From assembly GCA_028534125.1 (NCBI GenBank), contig CM052834.1, positions 8,928,001 to 8,992,000 of the forward strand: 64,000 nt of DNA, written 5' to 3'. Position 1 is the stretch's first letter. Every line of letters starts with the position of its first letter. This DNA comes from Lama glama. Its lineage: Eukaryota. Position numbers and translations under genes: made by a program. Positions 1-12,632 of this stretch are shown here, one piece after another. The notes below the pieces were generated by a model. It made no database searches. It was not told the DNA's origin and saw only the letters and a program-made list of their open reading frames with translations.

Positions 1-2421
1 GACATGTCACCGTTGTGTGGTGTATCTGAAAATACTCACTCTTCACATTAAATGAGAAAGCCATGAGAAGGCTTAAATGATAAGTAAGAACAATTTGACC
101 GCACATAAATTTTCAGAATCTCAGAGGTTAACAAGATTATTAATGTCGTTATTAATGTTGTAAGAAAAAAGTTATCTTGTCTAAAGATTTTATTCATCAG
201 GACCTCCTGTTTGGCAAAAAAAGATAAAAAGTGGTTTGTAAGTTTCATCTTTTAATGTACTGAGAACAAAACGGGATTGCAAATACTGTCACACATACTG
301 TACTGTATGAGTCAGACTACATCGTTAAAATAATACACACTGCGAAGAGCATCTTCTTTCACAACAGCCACACTACAGAGAGTCTAAGAGGAGCTTCAAA
401 GCATAAGTCAGTTCATACTCACTACCATTAAACTTTAACAATTTTCACACATCTACAGAACACATAAATGTGACACTCAGAATTGTAGACAGAAGCTGTT
501 AGAAAAAAGTAAGAAAGTTAGGTAGAAAGTTACTGCACCAAACTATTTAAAGAGAAAAAAAAAACAAAAAACCTTTATTTTTCTTTTGTAAAATGCTGCA
601 AAACCAAAATAAAATATAAAATGTGTGGAGGCACTATTTTGTATTTGTTAGTTTCTAACCAAGCAAGTTGATTAAATTCGGAGCTGCTCTGTCTTTCTCT
701 AAAGCAGAATGCTGTGGGGAAGAACTCTTAAGTGGAAATCAAAAGAGTTCAGATTCTAGCTTTGGCTCTGTCACTCAGCAGGAGACTGAATTTGGGGAAA
801 CTCTGGGTCTCGGCACCCTTATTGTAAAATACAACGGTTAATAAGATAAAACTTCAAGACCCCTCCAGGACTGAAACTCTGTCTCTCTCTCTCTCACACC
901 CCTTAACTTTCCTAATAACCATTTTTTCCTCCAAATATAAACCTATTTCTTTCAAGTATTACAGAAACTTTTAGATCTTCCTACAAAAATAAAAGTTGAA
1001 AAGTTCTGCTTAACATAAAAGCAAAGCAAGTACAAAAATACAAGGCGCATACACAGATTTCATAATGTTAACACAAATAATTTTTTTACACTTTGATCAT
1101 TTCCTGTTTCACAATACATATGAAAGTTATAATCTCTTTGTTTGTGTTTATCTTAAGGCTTAGATGAAAATATAAATATGCCTTATAGTACATCACTCTG
1201 ATATTCTTCTGATATATTCTATTTTTGTTTTTGCAGCATTAAAGTTACTTAATAAAAACAGACACACTACAGAATTCCGTATCTGCTACCTTTCTTTTTT
1301 TGTTTGGATGATGATCTGAAGAAGTATGATCCATCTGGTCCTACCAAAACAATGGGGCCAAAAAGTAATACCTGGTTTCACCTTAAATTTTCTATTCTGG
1401 TATGACAAAGCATAAACCTCCATTTACATGACTGTATTCTACATACTTTAAAAAGTAAACAAGCATAATGTTTCTGATTCTTAGTTGAGGACTGACCAAT
1501 GTGAGATATTAACAAATGGATAGCTGTTCTTAGGAAAACCATGACAGCTTTTAAAATATCGTGTGTAACTCAGGGACATATTCGACAAAAGAACTTCTAG
1601 AGATAATCGGTATTTCAGGATCACTGGTTCATCCCATTCTGACAGTTCTCCATGGCCAACTAAGAACACGAGGGTAGTTCTGTTTCCTTTGGTCTGACCT
1701 GAGGACAGTGAAAGAAATGGGATGGTTGCCCTGGTCTCCAGTTCTGACACGGAAATCCCAAGATGTTCAAGTGCTTGACTGGCTGGCAAACGCAGCTGAA
1801 GGTCAAAAATACTGGATGATTTGTAATTAAATATTTTCATTATGAAATAGTAAGGTAAGGCTTTGTCCCCACAAATTTCCTAACACATAGCTTCTCGATG
1901 TCACAGGAACAAAACTTTACAAAAATAGGAAAACACTGACTCTGTGATAATAGTCATGAATAGTATGATGTTTTTATGCTGACTGACTTAAAGCAATGGC
2001 ACCACTTCTAATATTACAAATTAAGAATCCATTTGAGGAATTCCTAAGCTCTTGCTGTCCAATGTTACATAACAGATAAGATGTTTTACGATAAATTACC
2101 TTTTAAAAGTCCTAAAAAGGTATAAACGTCATAGAAGGGATGTATAAAGAAGCTAGTAGTTCTGGTGATTTAAGTCAATGAATACATAAAGGTTAATATT
2201 AAGATTTTAATAGGAGATTTTGAAAGAAGGCTTCTTAAAGGCAATTAGAGTACATTTATTTTTAATGAAAATCTTTTCTATACTCTCAAGTTCAGCTGTA
2301 AATAGTAATTGCGCTCCTAAGCCTGAAAAATCTCACCCAAAGTCTTAAAACAGCGTGAAGAGCCTAAACAGAGTCTGCATAACACTCAGGATAAAGGCTC
2401 TGTGGACGTTCACCCCTTTCT

Positions 2422-2592
2422 CTAGCGGTGGTTCTCAACCTTGGCTGTACATTAGAATGAACTTTAAAAAATAGTGCGTGGGCCCCCCATTCTCCCCTGG
2501 ATTCTAAGGTAAGTGGATGCAGTCCAGGCATTAGGAGTTGTAAAAGCTCCCCAGGCAATTCTAATGTGCAGTGGAGAGTGGAAACTACTGCT
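2422..2592. mobile_element. MER5A/MER5B-like hAT-Charlie non-autonomous DNA transposon
   Basis: Ends agcggtggttctcaaccttggctgtacattagaat ... aaaagctccccaggcaattctaatgtgcag...gaaactactg. Confidence 0.85.
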
Positions 2593-2954
2593 CCAAAATC
2601 TGTCCAAATGCCAACTCATCTACCATATCTTATCTCTCATAAGTTGAACGTTTCTTCTTTCTAAATTAAGAGTGTAAATCATGGTTCAAATAGTCTCTCT
2701 CTCTCTCTCTGAATCAGTTAGACCCTAGGAACAAAGTTTACCTGATTGTAGTAACACTGATTTTGTTTCACTGCTTTTCCCTAGCAGTTTTTATCCCACG
2801 GACCAGAATACACAAACCCAAAGAGACAGAATTAGGTGAATTTCCGTTGCCGAAGATGAAAATTCTTTACGTATCATTTCAGCATTACTGAGCTGATAGG
2901 CTGCTCCAAAAACTTCTCTTCTACTTCCAGATCAGGAACTTAAATTTAGGTTTC

Positions 2955-3160
2955 AATGAGCTTTGGGTGAGGATGGTACATCAATGCAGAGTCATCAGTT
3001 GTAACAGAGGTACCCCTCTGTATCACAGCCTCTGGTCGGGGCTGTTGATCGTGGAAGAGGATATGGGGGTATGGGAAATCCCTGTACTTCTCCGCAACCT
3101 TCTCCTCAATGTTGCTATGAACCTAAAACTGATCCAAAAAAGTCTTCATTTTTAAAAAAA
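2955..3160 (+). mobile_element. L1MC-type LINE-1 3' end fragment
   Basis: ctttgggtga...tcaatgcagagtcatcagttgtaaca...ggaaatccctgtac...gctatgaacctaaaactg followed by an A-rich end. Confidence 0.8.
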
Positions 3161-5479
3161 TTAGCTTTCATTTAATTCTTCAATGAGACCAAGGTCAACT
3201 ATAACAACACGCCAGTCTCAGTATTTCAGCTTAATTCCTGTTTGTCTGTATTGCTATTCATGCATAAGACAGCGAGGTTTGAAACAGCTGATATTCAGGA
3301 AATTTTTATTTTCTCTTTCTCTGAAAACAAAGTGGTGCTTAGAAAGTAAGGATTTGGTTATTAAAAAGAAAACATGTAACATAAAAGCAGCCGCCAAGTA
3401 CTCTTCTCTCTAAATAAAACAACACACTACAGTTCATATAACTTTACACTTCACAAAAACTTTCAACCACAGCACAGAATTCCTTCCCCACTGTTTGAGT
3501 GCGTAATTTCCGTAGAGGAGAGGTAGTGCAGTGGGCATCAGTAAGAAGCACTGAGCAACAATTACAAGCTCTCGTGATAACCACAGTCTGACATATCAGC
3601 GTCTGAATCAGAACGACTTTTTAAAAGCAAACAGGGTCATTTTTACAAAATTACACCATTTAAGAAGTAATTTGACTGGCCAGTCCAACAAATCGTTAAA
3701 ATAGCTTATCCCCTGAGGAGAAAGAAGATTTAAAACTTTCAGATAAGGTAAGAAAATGCCCAAACTGTCCTTTGGAGTCACGTGTGCTGACACACGGAAT
3801 TTTGACTCTAACATTGCGCAGTCTCCTAATAATATATAATCACAGGCCTTCTGCTTCTTAAGAATTTCAAAAATTGCTTTCTTAAAATATTTAATTTTTT
3901 CCCCAAGTAAATGACACCTTGTAAATAATGGGGATGGAGAAAAAAGATGGGTGTTTTAACCCTTCAGTGCCACCTGCATGTGTAAGAGCTGTCCTCGACT
4001 TCGATTATGACAATTGTACAGAAAGACTAGTTCCAAACTAGAAAGAAAAAGAAAGTTGAGTCAAGCACTACGTATAAATACAGGAAAGTTTAGAGCCAAG
4101 TCAATTCTGTAGAAATGAACTGAACAGGTTACAGATTACTTATCCTCACTTCTTACAAGTACCTCTCTGAGAAGAACAAAGAAAAGCAGGAAAAACACAA
4201 AAATGTTCAAACTTGAGGTGAAATGGGACTTGAAAAAGTGCCCATCTGTCTGGTTCATCCATTGCTACCTGGCCTCCCAGACAATATTGTAAGTGTCTGT
4301 AATGACAATAAAGTAATACTAAATGGTAATTCTGTGAAACTTGCATTTTTCTGGAGATAGGATGACTTTAAATAGCTGATTATTTATGGTACGTGGCCAT
4401 ATTCCAAATTCAGCAATATCTAATTTAAATGAAAGTTACTTTTCTAGGAAATCCAGCTATTCAGAACACAGCAAAGAAACCATACTTATATAAAATAAAC
4501 CCACTGAGTGGCAGACAGAGATGATGTCACAAAGTCTAACATTAAAATGTACACACTTTAATGTACAGACTCTAATGCGAAGGACTCCCAGTTCCCCACT
4601 CAGAACCTATTCACTCTGCTAACAAGATTTTCTGTCTAGTTTCTCAGTCCAGGCATATTAGAAGCAATGCTAGAAGCAGGCATGTTAACAATAGGAAAAA
4701 GTTTATATGGGGTTATTAAAGCTGCTTGGGACCCAGCCACATGGGGAAAAAAAAAAAAAAACCAGCCTCTAATATTCCAAAGGGGAAAGATTCTTTACGA
4801 TTCGGTGTAAAGGTGAGGAATGCAGCCTCTGAGCACATCCCAGTACAGCAGCTAGTGTGCGCACTGGTGACCTTCTGAGTCATGGGTGAGAGATGGCAGG
4901 AGCCACGCCCTGACGGGAATGTTTAATACTTTCACAAGTATTTCCCTTAAAAACGATTTTAAAGCTTAAAGACTTTGATGAGATTTTACAGCTTAAACCA
5001 GGAAGACAATATACAATTTTCCATGCCCTGGTAACAGTAGCCAAATATAATGTTACTGTCAGGAGAAACGAAAGAACTTGTAGAAGAGAGAAATTGATAT
5101 TTATTTCCTACTTATGTTGCCAGCGACTTTAGTGATGCAGAGCTTCTCACATGCTGGCTTTGACATTGCTTGTTTAATAATGAAGGGATGACAACATAGG
5201 GTTATTAAAATTGCAGCAAATTTTAACCATTTTCCTTGAATAAATTAACACATATTCAAAAAATGCAAATTTATGGTCATAATTGTGTAGTTGATGAAGA
5301 TTACCACTTGATCCTGTCAAAGCTTCACTGTGATTAGATATAGAACATCATTTGGAGTAACATTAAAATATTGCATTTGAGGGCCTTGATTAATCTGAGG
5401 ACCCAGGACAGTGTCCTACACCCTTCCTCACTACCATGATAGGCTCATTACTTCTATTCTCTCATATAAATATAGCACA

Positions 5480-5610
5480 ATATTATTATCATTTCTGTTT
5501 GTAGTTGAGGAAACTGGGGCCAAAAGGTGAAATCGTTTGCTCAAAATGGCAGCCCTTTGGTAGAAATGTCATGATTCAGCTGCCGATCACCTGGCCTCCA
5601 AAACCCCCAG
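5480..5610 (-). mobile_element. MIR fragment
   Basis: tattattatcatttctgtttgtagttgaggaaactggggc...tttgctcaaaat core. Confidence 0.65.
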
Positions 5611-6689
5611 GTGCCACCTCTCTGGGCATGATACTGAAGCGATCTGGGTGGCACATTATGGTGTCAGGTTGAAAAGTGTCCTCATGAAAAAGACCAAGCT
5701 GCATGAACTCCTGATACAGTATCTAGCCTGGGGTCGGTGTATTAAAAAAAAGTAGTCATCAATGTGAAACTCGTGTTCCAATGAACTGAATAATACCCTC
5801 ATATCCCAGAGAAGCTCATGTACTGCCCATGAAGGAAAATTAATTCTTGAAAGATTTGTTCAACTGGTCTAATGATTGTGAAAGGAGAAAGCTTAAAGGA
5901 AGTGCATACATTGCGACAAAATAAATGACATTGCAAATTTCTCCTTTACCAAACACTCCCAATGTTGACTATAGTTAAAACTTCAGATTGAATTTGTTTA
6001 TTGCAAAGGTCTGTTCAAAACCTGAACATGTTTCTCCAATTGTCATTCATCCATCTAACCATTCATCCCATAGGCATTCACTGGGAGCCTGTCAGAGAGA
6101 AGGCATTGTGTGTGTGTACAGTGTGTTGGCAGGGAGGGGTGAGAATCAGCTACAGGGAGGAAGGAAACATTACCTGCAACTTCAAGGAACTTAAAACCCT
6201 CTGACTTGTAAGCCTGATACATTGCTGAGTCTTTCTTCCTTACAAATGCCTCTTGGATTCGCCCCTTTAACCCTTCTATCTATGGCCTCTGTTTTACGTA
6301 TACATTGTTCACTCTCATCACTACACTGGATTAACTGCTATATTTTCTTACAATCAAGACTTTTAAAGGTATGTGACTTTGACAAACTACCTCACTTTTA
6401 AAAGGAGCCTCAGCTTTCTTCATATGTAAAAAGGGGGAAATTAAATTTTACTGCTTAAAAGCTAAAAATTTGATCCTTGGATCTATGATTTTATGAAATT
6501 GCTCCTAACACAAATTAGACATTAAAATTTGCAGGTGAGTCCTCCTTTTTATTCCTTATTCCTTTCTCAGCTCTCTGAAAACAGACTTTTGGATCCATGG
6601 TATTTGTGAGATTATTACTCTTTCTTCCTAACAGAAATCTTAGGGCTGTTCTTTAGATGTCTGACTTACCTACATTATTCAGGTCTCTG

Positions 6690-7385
6690 ATTCACCCACT
6701 CCCATCCATGCTCCTCACCTGTTACCAGAGGGAGCCAAGACAAGTGTGACCTATCACTTCCCTGATTAAAACATTTCAATGGCGAGTCATTCCCTGTAAA
6801 CCATGTCCAAGTTCCCTAGTATGATTTTCCCTCATGTGGTCCAAGTTTATTTTTCCAATCTTACCTCCCGAAGGACCACCTTGCACCCTCCAGTTAACAC
6901 TAAACTGCTTGCTACTCACTGAGTCATTATATTCATTCTCAGGTGTTTACTGAGCATCAGTGATACATTGGCCAGTGTGCTAAGCTTAGGGAATCCTGAA
7001 GCAAACAGGGCAAATGTGGTCCACCCTCACAGGGCTTAGAGACTAGTTTAAAAAGGGTTTCTACAGCTACTTACAGCATCCTCTGGCCCCCTCTAAATGC
7101 CCGGAGGGTTTCAGAGTTTAACCTCTCTATGAAATCCCTCCTGACTACCTCCCTCATCCACATGGAAGAACTGACCCGCCCCCTAATGCCCCTCAAACAC
7201 TGCCGTCCGAGCTTACTTAGCACTTCATTACAACAACGCATGCACGGGTCTACCTCACCAAGATCGTGCACAAGCAATGACCATCTCCTGTTCATCTTTG
7301 AAATTAATGAAAGGACCTGGAAATAGAGTTTATGAAGATCATGGCCGAGCACACAGAAGCACTTTATAAGTACCTGTCTAGAAAG
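6690..7385. mobile_element. L2 fragments (mixed orientation)
   Basis: L2 3' motifs: tcacttccctgattaaaacatttcaatggc; ttcattc...tttactgagcatc; cctggcc...cacagaagcactttataag. Confidence 0.6.
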
Positions 7386-7884
7386 GAAAGACCAAAGGAA
7401 TTGATTATTTTTGCAAAAAAAAAAAAAAGTTTTTCCCTTCTTAGTTTCTTCAAGTCATTCTCCAGAGTGCAAGTCACTTAAAGTCAAGGGGCATATATTA
7501 TGGGGCCTGTTCTGGGCACATAGTAATCAAAAAATACGTGTTTGTTGAATATATTCTGTAGATCTACAATTCACAACTACCAGGCCATAGCCAGAATGTC
7601 ACAATATTGTACTCAAGAAAACTGAAACCAGCTCTAACCAGACTGGCAACGCCACAAGAAGATGCATCCACGTGTGCTATGAAATCCATCTGTTGAATGT
7701 ACGATTTGAGTCCTGAAGCCTAGTCACTAGAAATATAGGTGGAGAAAAAAATCATAAAACCTTAGAATGAGTCATTCGCACCACAACCAAGGTGTTACAG
7801 ATCTAGATGATGTAAAAAGAAAAGAATTTCAAATTTAGACAGTGCTCTTGGTTCCTATAGTAGATGATTACAGTAACAGTAAAT

Positions 7885-8105
7885 ATATACACTGTGTTCT
7901 GCTTGCCAGGCACTGTTCTCAGCATTTCACATGTACTAACTCATTATATTCTCTTATCACCCCTATGAGATATCCCCATTATAGAGGTAGGCAAAATGAG
8001 GGACAGACACGTAAAGTAATTTGCTCAAGATCACTCAGACAGTAAATGGTGGAACTGGATTTAAACCCAGGATGTGTAGTTCTAAAGTTTTTGCTCTTAA
8101 CCACA
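7885..8105 (-). mobile_element. MIR, near full length
   Basis: tgccaggcactgttctcagcatttcacatgtactaactcatt...ccccattatagagg...gtaatttgctcaagatcac...ggatttaaacccagg. Confidence 0.85.
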
Positions 8106-8755
8106 ATCCTATTCTCATTCTTTATTGCTGTACAATGATACAGGCCATGCAGACTCCATGAGAGCAAGCACCACCCCCTACACATACGTAGCATATTTCA
8201 GGCGACCTCAACTTCTGTGTAGTGTTGACTTCTACTTTATATCTGAAGTTTAAAAAAATACTATTTATAAGTGAGACAAGAGAGAGAGGAAAATGGAAGT
8301 TAGAGAAGGATCAGAAACAAAGACTGCTTATCTTGCAGGGCAGAAAGAAATGCTATAAATGCTGTTAGTCACACTGTAATATGACCTGAAAACTTCAAGA
8401 GCCATAAGGAGGAAGTCCTGTCAACTCTCAGCCCACTGACTGGATCAGTCATGAAGATCAGCAAACACATCACACACAATCAGATGAGAAAATCCACCTA
8501 GGGGACTGGTACCATGCGGAAACACTCCCTAGAAAGCACTGAACACATCTCATCTGTAGTTCTAAATCCCATGACAGCCAGCAGAGGTCATGGCTCTGGT
8601 AGCTTCTGTAAAAGCTCTTTTAAAAATAATCCTTCTCTATCAATCATGACTTCATTCCCAATAATATAAACAAGCCATGGGTTCAAACCATGACTTTAAA
8701 AACATAATCGGTAAAACGTGGTTAGAAATAGAAGGACACTCCCTCCAGAACATAC

Positions 8756-8829
8756 CGTAGAGGGCCTTCGCGCTCGTTCTGGAACTGTGTTCTCTGTCCA
8801 TGGAGAAGGTGGGTGAGGATCCGTAGCCA
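8756..8829 (-). CDS. EPS8: EPS8 second coding exon, 74 nt: (N)GYGSSPTFSMDREHSSRTSAKALY(E)
   Basis: tttttattacag|TGGCTACGGATCC...GCCCTCTACG|gtatgt. Phase 2 joins the previous exon (AA|T = Asn). Matches human GYGSSPTFSQTDREHGSKTSAKALY as recalled. Confidence 0.96.
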
Positions 8830-9344
8830 CTGTAATAAAAAATTGGCACTGTACTGAGTTCAAGTCCAACACAAGTAATAAAAAGTCAAAACTACCAATA
8901 AAAATTCCAGTGTACCACAATCACCATGTGTTTAAAAAACAGATACTGAGTTTGTACTAACTGGGTCTGTCAGAAAGAGCCAAATATTGATCTGGTCAAG
9001 AAATAGGATATTGGGTCCTAATCTAACATGGATTGAGGTTGGAATATGCATCACAGCGTCCTCTCAAACGCCAAGTCAGGAGCAGAGCCAAGGAGACTCA
9101 GTAAGGCTGAAGCTATTTTAGAGGAATTTAAGTTCGCCATACCAAACGGAGCTGTGAGCAGCGAGCCAGTTACAAAACGTTCTCAATGATTTAAGCTGTA
9201 ACAAGACACTTTTCACAAATACTTACAATGCAGTTGACGAAAAATAACACTTTATTGTTACGTTTGACCAGCCTTACCCTACTTGTAGCTTCCTGTTACT
9301 CATCTGTTATGTGAAGTAAACATGATTTGAATTTGTCAAATTTA

Positions 9345-9720
9345 CTCAGCAAACATTTATTAGGTCCTAAAATCTAAGAAGAATGAGAGATAAGGTGAGG
9401 GGGTTGGGTGTAGGGACAGAGTACTGTTAATAAAACAAGTAGGAAAAACAGTCCCAGTAGAATGTGATATCTGGGTAAAACGAATCACTATAACATAGAA
9501 AAGGACTAAATTGTTATAAGGATGCCCAAGAAGACTTTACTGCCAACTTGGCATCTAAGCTGAATCTAAAAGAGTGGAAAGTAGCTCTACAGGCAGAAAT
9601 TAAGTGGGGGGAAAGCACGTGGGAGTGGACCAGGAATAAACATGGAGTCCAGGGGAAACAGCATCTAATGGGATATGCGTAGAAGAGACGAATGGCTGGA
9701 GAAATGGGGAAGGCAAGGAG
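9345..9720 (-). mobile_element. L2 fragment
   Basis: actcagcaaacatttattagg...ggcatctaagctgaatctaaaagagtgg. Confidence 0.5.
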
Positions 9721-9760
9721 AGGGCGTGGGAATTAAATTTCTAGTGGGAAATTAAATTTC

Positions 9761-9840
9761 TAGCTCAGCGGCAGAGTGCAGTGCTTCGTGGGCATGAAAT
9801 CCTGGGTCCAGTCCCCAGTATCTCCATTAAAGTAAATAAT
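9761..9840 (+). mobile_element. 5'-truncated camelid Vic-1-like tRNA-derived SINE
   Basis: tagctcagcggcagagtgc...gcatgaaatcctgggtccagtccccagtatctccattaaag: degenerate A/B boxes and an A-rich tail. Flanked by aattaaatttcta / aatttaatttcta. Confidence 0.8.
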
Positions 9841-10838
9841 AATTTAATTTCTATTCTCTGCCTACTGTAAGTCTTTTTATACAAGGAAGTAACATGAGCC
9901 AACAACTTTTTTCAGAAAGATAGTCCAAGAACTCATGGCAAGGCAACCAGATAGAAGGATGCTGCAAGAACTTAGGCGGGAGATAAAGTCCACAAATAAA
10001 GCTGGAATACAAAGAATAGAAGGACGGGATAGAAACAAGAGCTCCTTAAAAGGGGAAACTGTTATAAATCCATGATTCAATGGATATTGGTTGCAAGAAA
10101 AAGCGGGAAAGTTGAGGGTGTGGGGAAACTTTCTGGCTTGAATAATTGGTGGACAAGATAAAGCTGGCCTCTGACATGCTCCCCTGGTGTCTCTTCCTGA
10201 CCAGCACTGAAGGGCTTTGCAGTAATGTTTGTAAAAAGAAAAGGTGAAGCAATGTGAACAACCTGTTTCTGGAAAATGGGAATAACCCGGTTGTGAAAAA
10301 TACTGAACACTCTACCATCATGGCCGATACAAAATAACAGTGATATTAACCTCTATTATAAGGCAATGGCCTCTTCAGTCAGGGTGGTGATCTCGAATTA
10401 TACCTGGTCTTTTTCTGTCTTATATAGTGGAAGTATCTTGAGAGACTGGGCTGGATGACATGTAACTCTCCTCAAATGCCAGTATTTTACAAATAACACA
10501 AATAGAATGCTCTAGAGAAAGCGAAAGCTTTGAAGTAGAGAGTATATTCAACTATGGAAAGCAGTCATACATAAAACACCAGAACACACCACCTTCTATT
10601 AGATCAATACCACTGGGGCTGGTATTAGCTAACCACCCTTTTCCTACCAGACCCGGTTAGCTTTTGATAATAACATCTCTTAGTGTTACAAAGAAATGAT
10701 ACATTAAGGAATGAATTACCTAAAGAAATGGAACTAATCTTGTCGTTGAAAATAAAAAAACAATTAAAACCACCAAATCAAATCCAAAAAAAAAAAAAAA
10801 CCAAACCCAACAAGTTAAATATAAAGTTTCCAACTTAC

Positions 10839-10897
10839 TTCATTTGAGATGGATACATTCCGAAACCACTGGGATGATTAGAAATGTGACCATTCAT
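10839..10897 (-). CDS. EPS8: EPS8 first coding exon, CDS part (MNGHISNHPSGFGMYPSQM + 2 nt of the N codon)
   Basis: Minus strand reads ttttttcag|AACATAAGCGTTAAAGTCACG ATGAATGGTCACATTTCTAATCATCCCAGTGGTTTCGGAATGTATCCATCTCAAATGAA|gtaagt. The translation matches the EPS8 N-terminus as I recall it (human MNGHISNHPSSFGMYPSQMN). Canonical AG/GT, A at -3 of the ATG. Confidence 0.96.
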
Positions 10898-10918
10898 CGT
10901 GACTTTAACGCTTATGTT
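10898..10918 (-). other. EPS8: EPS8 5'UTR part (21 nt) of the start-codon exon
   Basis: Lies between the polypyrimidine/AG acceptor (10919-10920) and the ATG (10897). No in-frame stop (AAC ATA AGC GTT AAA GTC ACG). Confidence 0.9.
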
Positions 10919-11559
10919 CTGAAAAAAAGAAAGGTATGTAGATTGAAGGCAATAAAAAGACCAAGACGCTTCAGTTTTAGAGTTACTCATTCAATAAAAT
11001 ATATGTCACTTCCAGGATGATGCTAGAAATATAAAGATCTCCACCCTCCAAGAGCTCAGCTGAAGGACAGATGGATATATAAACAAAGATCCAATTGGCA
11101 TTTAACACTAATATGCTAAAACCATAAGCAAATTTAGGCAAGCGAAAACAAATTAAATATAGTCCTGAATCCTCTAAGTGTGTAGCCTAATTTTATATTC
11201 CATGCAACCTCATAATTGTCAGTATTATGCAATGTTACTTTGTTTAGTGTTTCGTTATGAAAGTAGTATAAGTTCATTAAATTAAAAAACTTGAGAAACA
11301 TAGAAAAGCACAAAATTCAGAAAAGTGCAAAGGGGAAATTATTACCCAGAACCTTGTCATTTAAACATAACCATTTAACAGTCCTGTCAGTTTCCTCCAG
11401 TCTTTTTTCTTGTGACGCAATTGATCAGCTGAAGTAGGTTCTCGTGCCTCCTCACCACTGTCACACCTTCGGGGACTGCCATTCACGCCATCGTGTGCAC
11501 TTGAGGTCTAATTAAAACTGCAGCTAAATTCTGGGCTTTTTAAATATTTTGTAATACAT

Positions 11560-12632
11560 TTTTTTGTATCTGAAGCACTTTAGATTTACAGAAGAGTTGT
11601 GAAGATAGCACAGGAAGTTCCTGTATACTGTTTCCTTATTGTTAATATTTGACATCAATATGGTGTATTTGTCACAATCACTGAACCATTATCAATATTT
11701 TATTAGTAACTAAAGTCAATACTTTATTCAGAGTTCTTTAGTTTTTTTTACCTAATGTTTTTCTTTTCCAGCATCCTAGCCACAACACTGCATTACATTC
11801 CGTCTTCGTGCCTTATTAGGCTCCCCTAGACTGTGACCATTTCTCAGACCTTTCTTGCCTTTGATGACCGAAAGGGCTGCCATTATACATGATCACAAAC
11901 TGAGTGGCTTAAAATGACAGAAACTTATTTCCTCACAGTTCTGGAGGCAGAAGTCGGAGATCGAGGTGTTGGCAGGAGTATGTTCTCTGTGAACATTTGG
12001 GGAGGGGGCTCCTTCCTTGCCCCCTCTAGCTTCTAGTGGTTGCTGCCAATCTTTGCCTTTCCTTGGCTTGGAGATGTACCCCTCCAATCTCTGCCCCTGC
12101 CTTCAGATGGCCTCCCCTGGGTGTCCATCTGTGTCCAAATTTCCTTCTTTTGATCAGGACACCAGTCAGTGCATTAGTGTCCACCTGAATCCTGTATGGG
12201 CTTATCTTAACTTGGTTTATCTGCAAAGACCCTATCTAAACAAGGTCACATTCACAGGTGCCGGACGGTAGGAAGTGAACATATCTTTCGAGGGGACAGA
12301 ATTCCACCTGCAGCAACAACCAAGGCAGTCTTCTGAGGAGTGCGGCAATGTGACATTCTGCAGAATGTCTCTCAGTCGGGGTTTGTCTGATGTTTTTCTC
12401 ACGATTAGAATGGAGTTACAGGTTTTGGAGAGGAAGACCACAGAGATATGTACCATTCCTATCGCATCACATCAAGAATACATGCTATTAGCATGACTTA
12501 ACCATCATTCACGCTGTGGCATCATCACTGATGGTAGCATCTGTTAGGTTTCCCCACCGTGGAGTGGCTCCCCTCATCACCACTACACAGCCCTCTTGGG
12601 GAGGAAGTCTCTAAATACAGCCCACACTTAAC
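11560..12632 (-). mobile_element. old L1 (L1MC/L1MD-type) 3' end, split by an MLT1 insertion
   Basis: tttagatttacagaagagttgtgaagatagcac...ttgatgacc [MLT1] ttctgaggagtgc...gtttgtctgatgtttttctcacgattag...cagcccacactta. Confidence 0.8.
11873..12318 (-). mobile_element. MLT1 (MLT1B/C-like) ERVL-MaLR solo LTR
   Basis: gggctgccatta...cacaaactgagtggcttaaaa...ctcacagttctggaggcagaagtc...ctgcaaagaccctat...aaggtcacattcacagg...aaca. Confidence 0.9.

Larger units (their letters stand above)
1..8755 (-). other. EPS8: EPS8 intron downstream of the second coding exon (runs off the left end)
   Basis: Donor GTATGT at 8755-8750. No sequence encoding EQRKNYARDSVSS was found in 1-8755. Confidence 0.85.
8830..10838 (-). 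other. EPS8: EPS8 intron between the first and second coding exons (~2.0 kb)
   Basis: GT...AG boundaries defined by the two exons. Confidence 0.93.

Noticed and set aside
1481-1840. 119-aa minus-strand ORF in the EPS8 intron
   Set aside because: No resemblance to EPS8 or any family I recognise, and no convincing exon boundaries. The length is compatible with chance.
8696-8920. 74-aa ORF (…ATDPHPPSPWTENT…) overlapping the EPS8 exon
   Set aside because: Wrong frame. The EPS8 frame is GYGSSPTFS.
9761-9840. tRNA gene
   Set aside because: 5'-truncated, degenerate B box, A-rich tail and TSD-like flanks: this is a SINE, not a tRNA.
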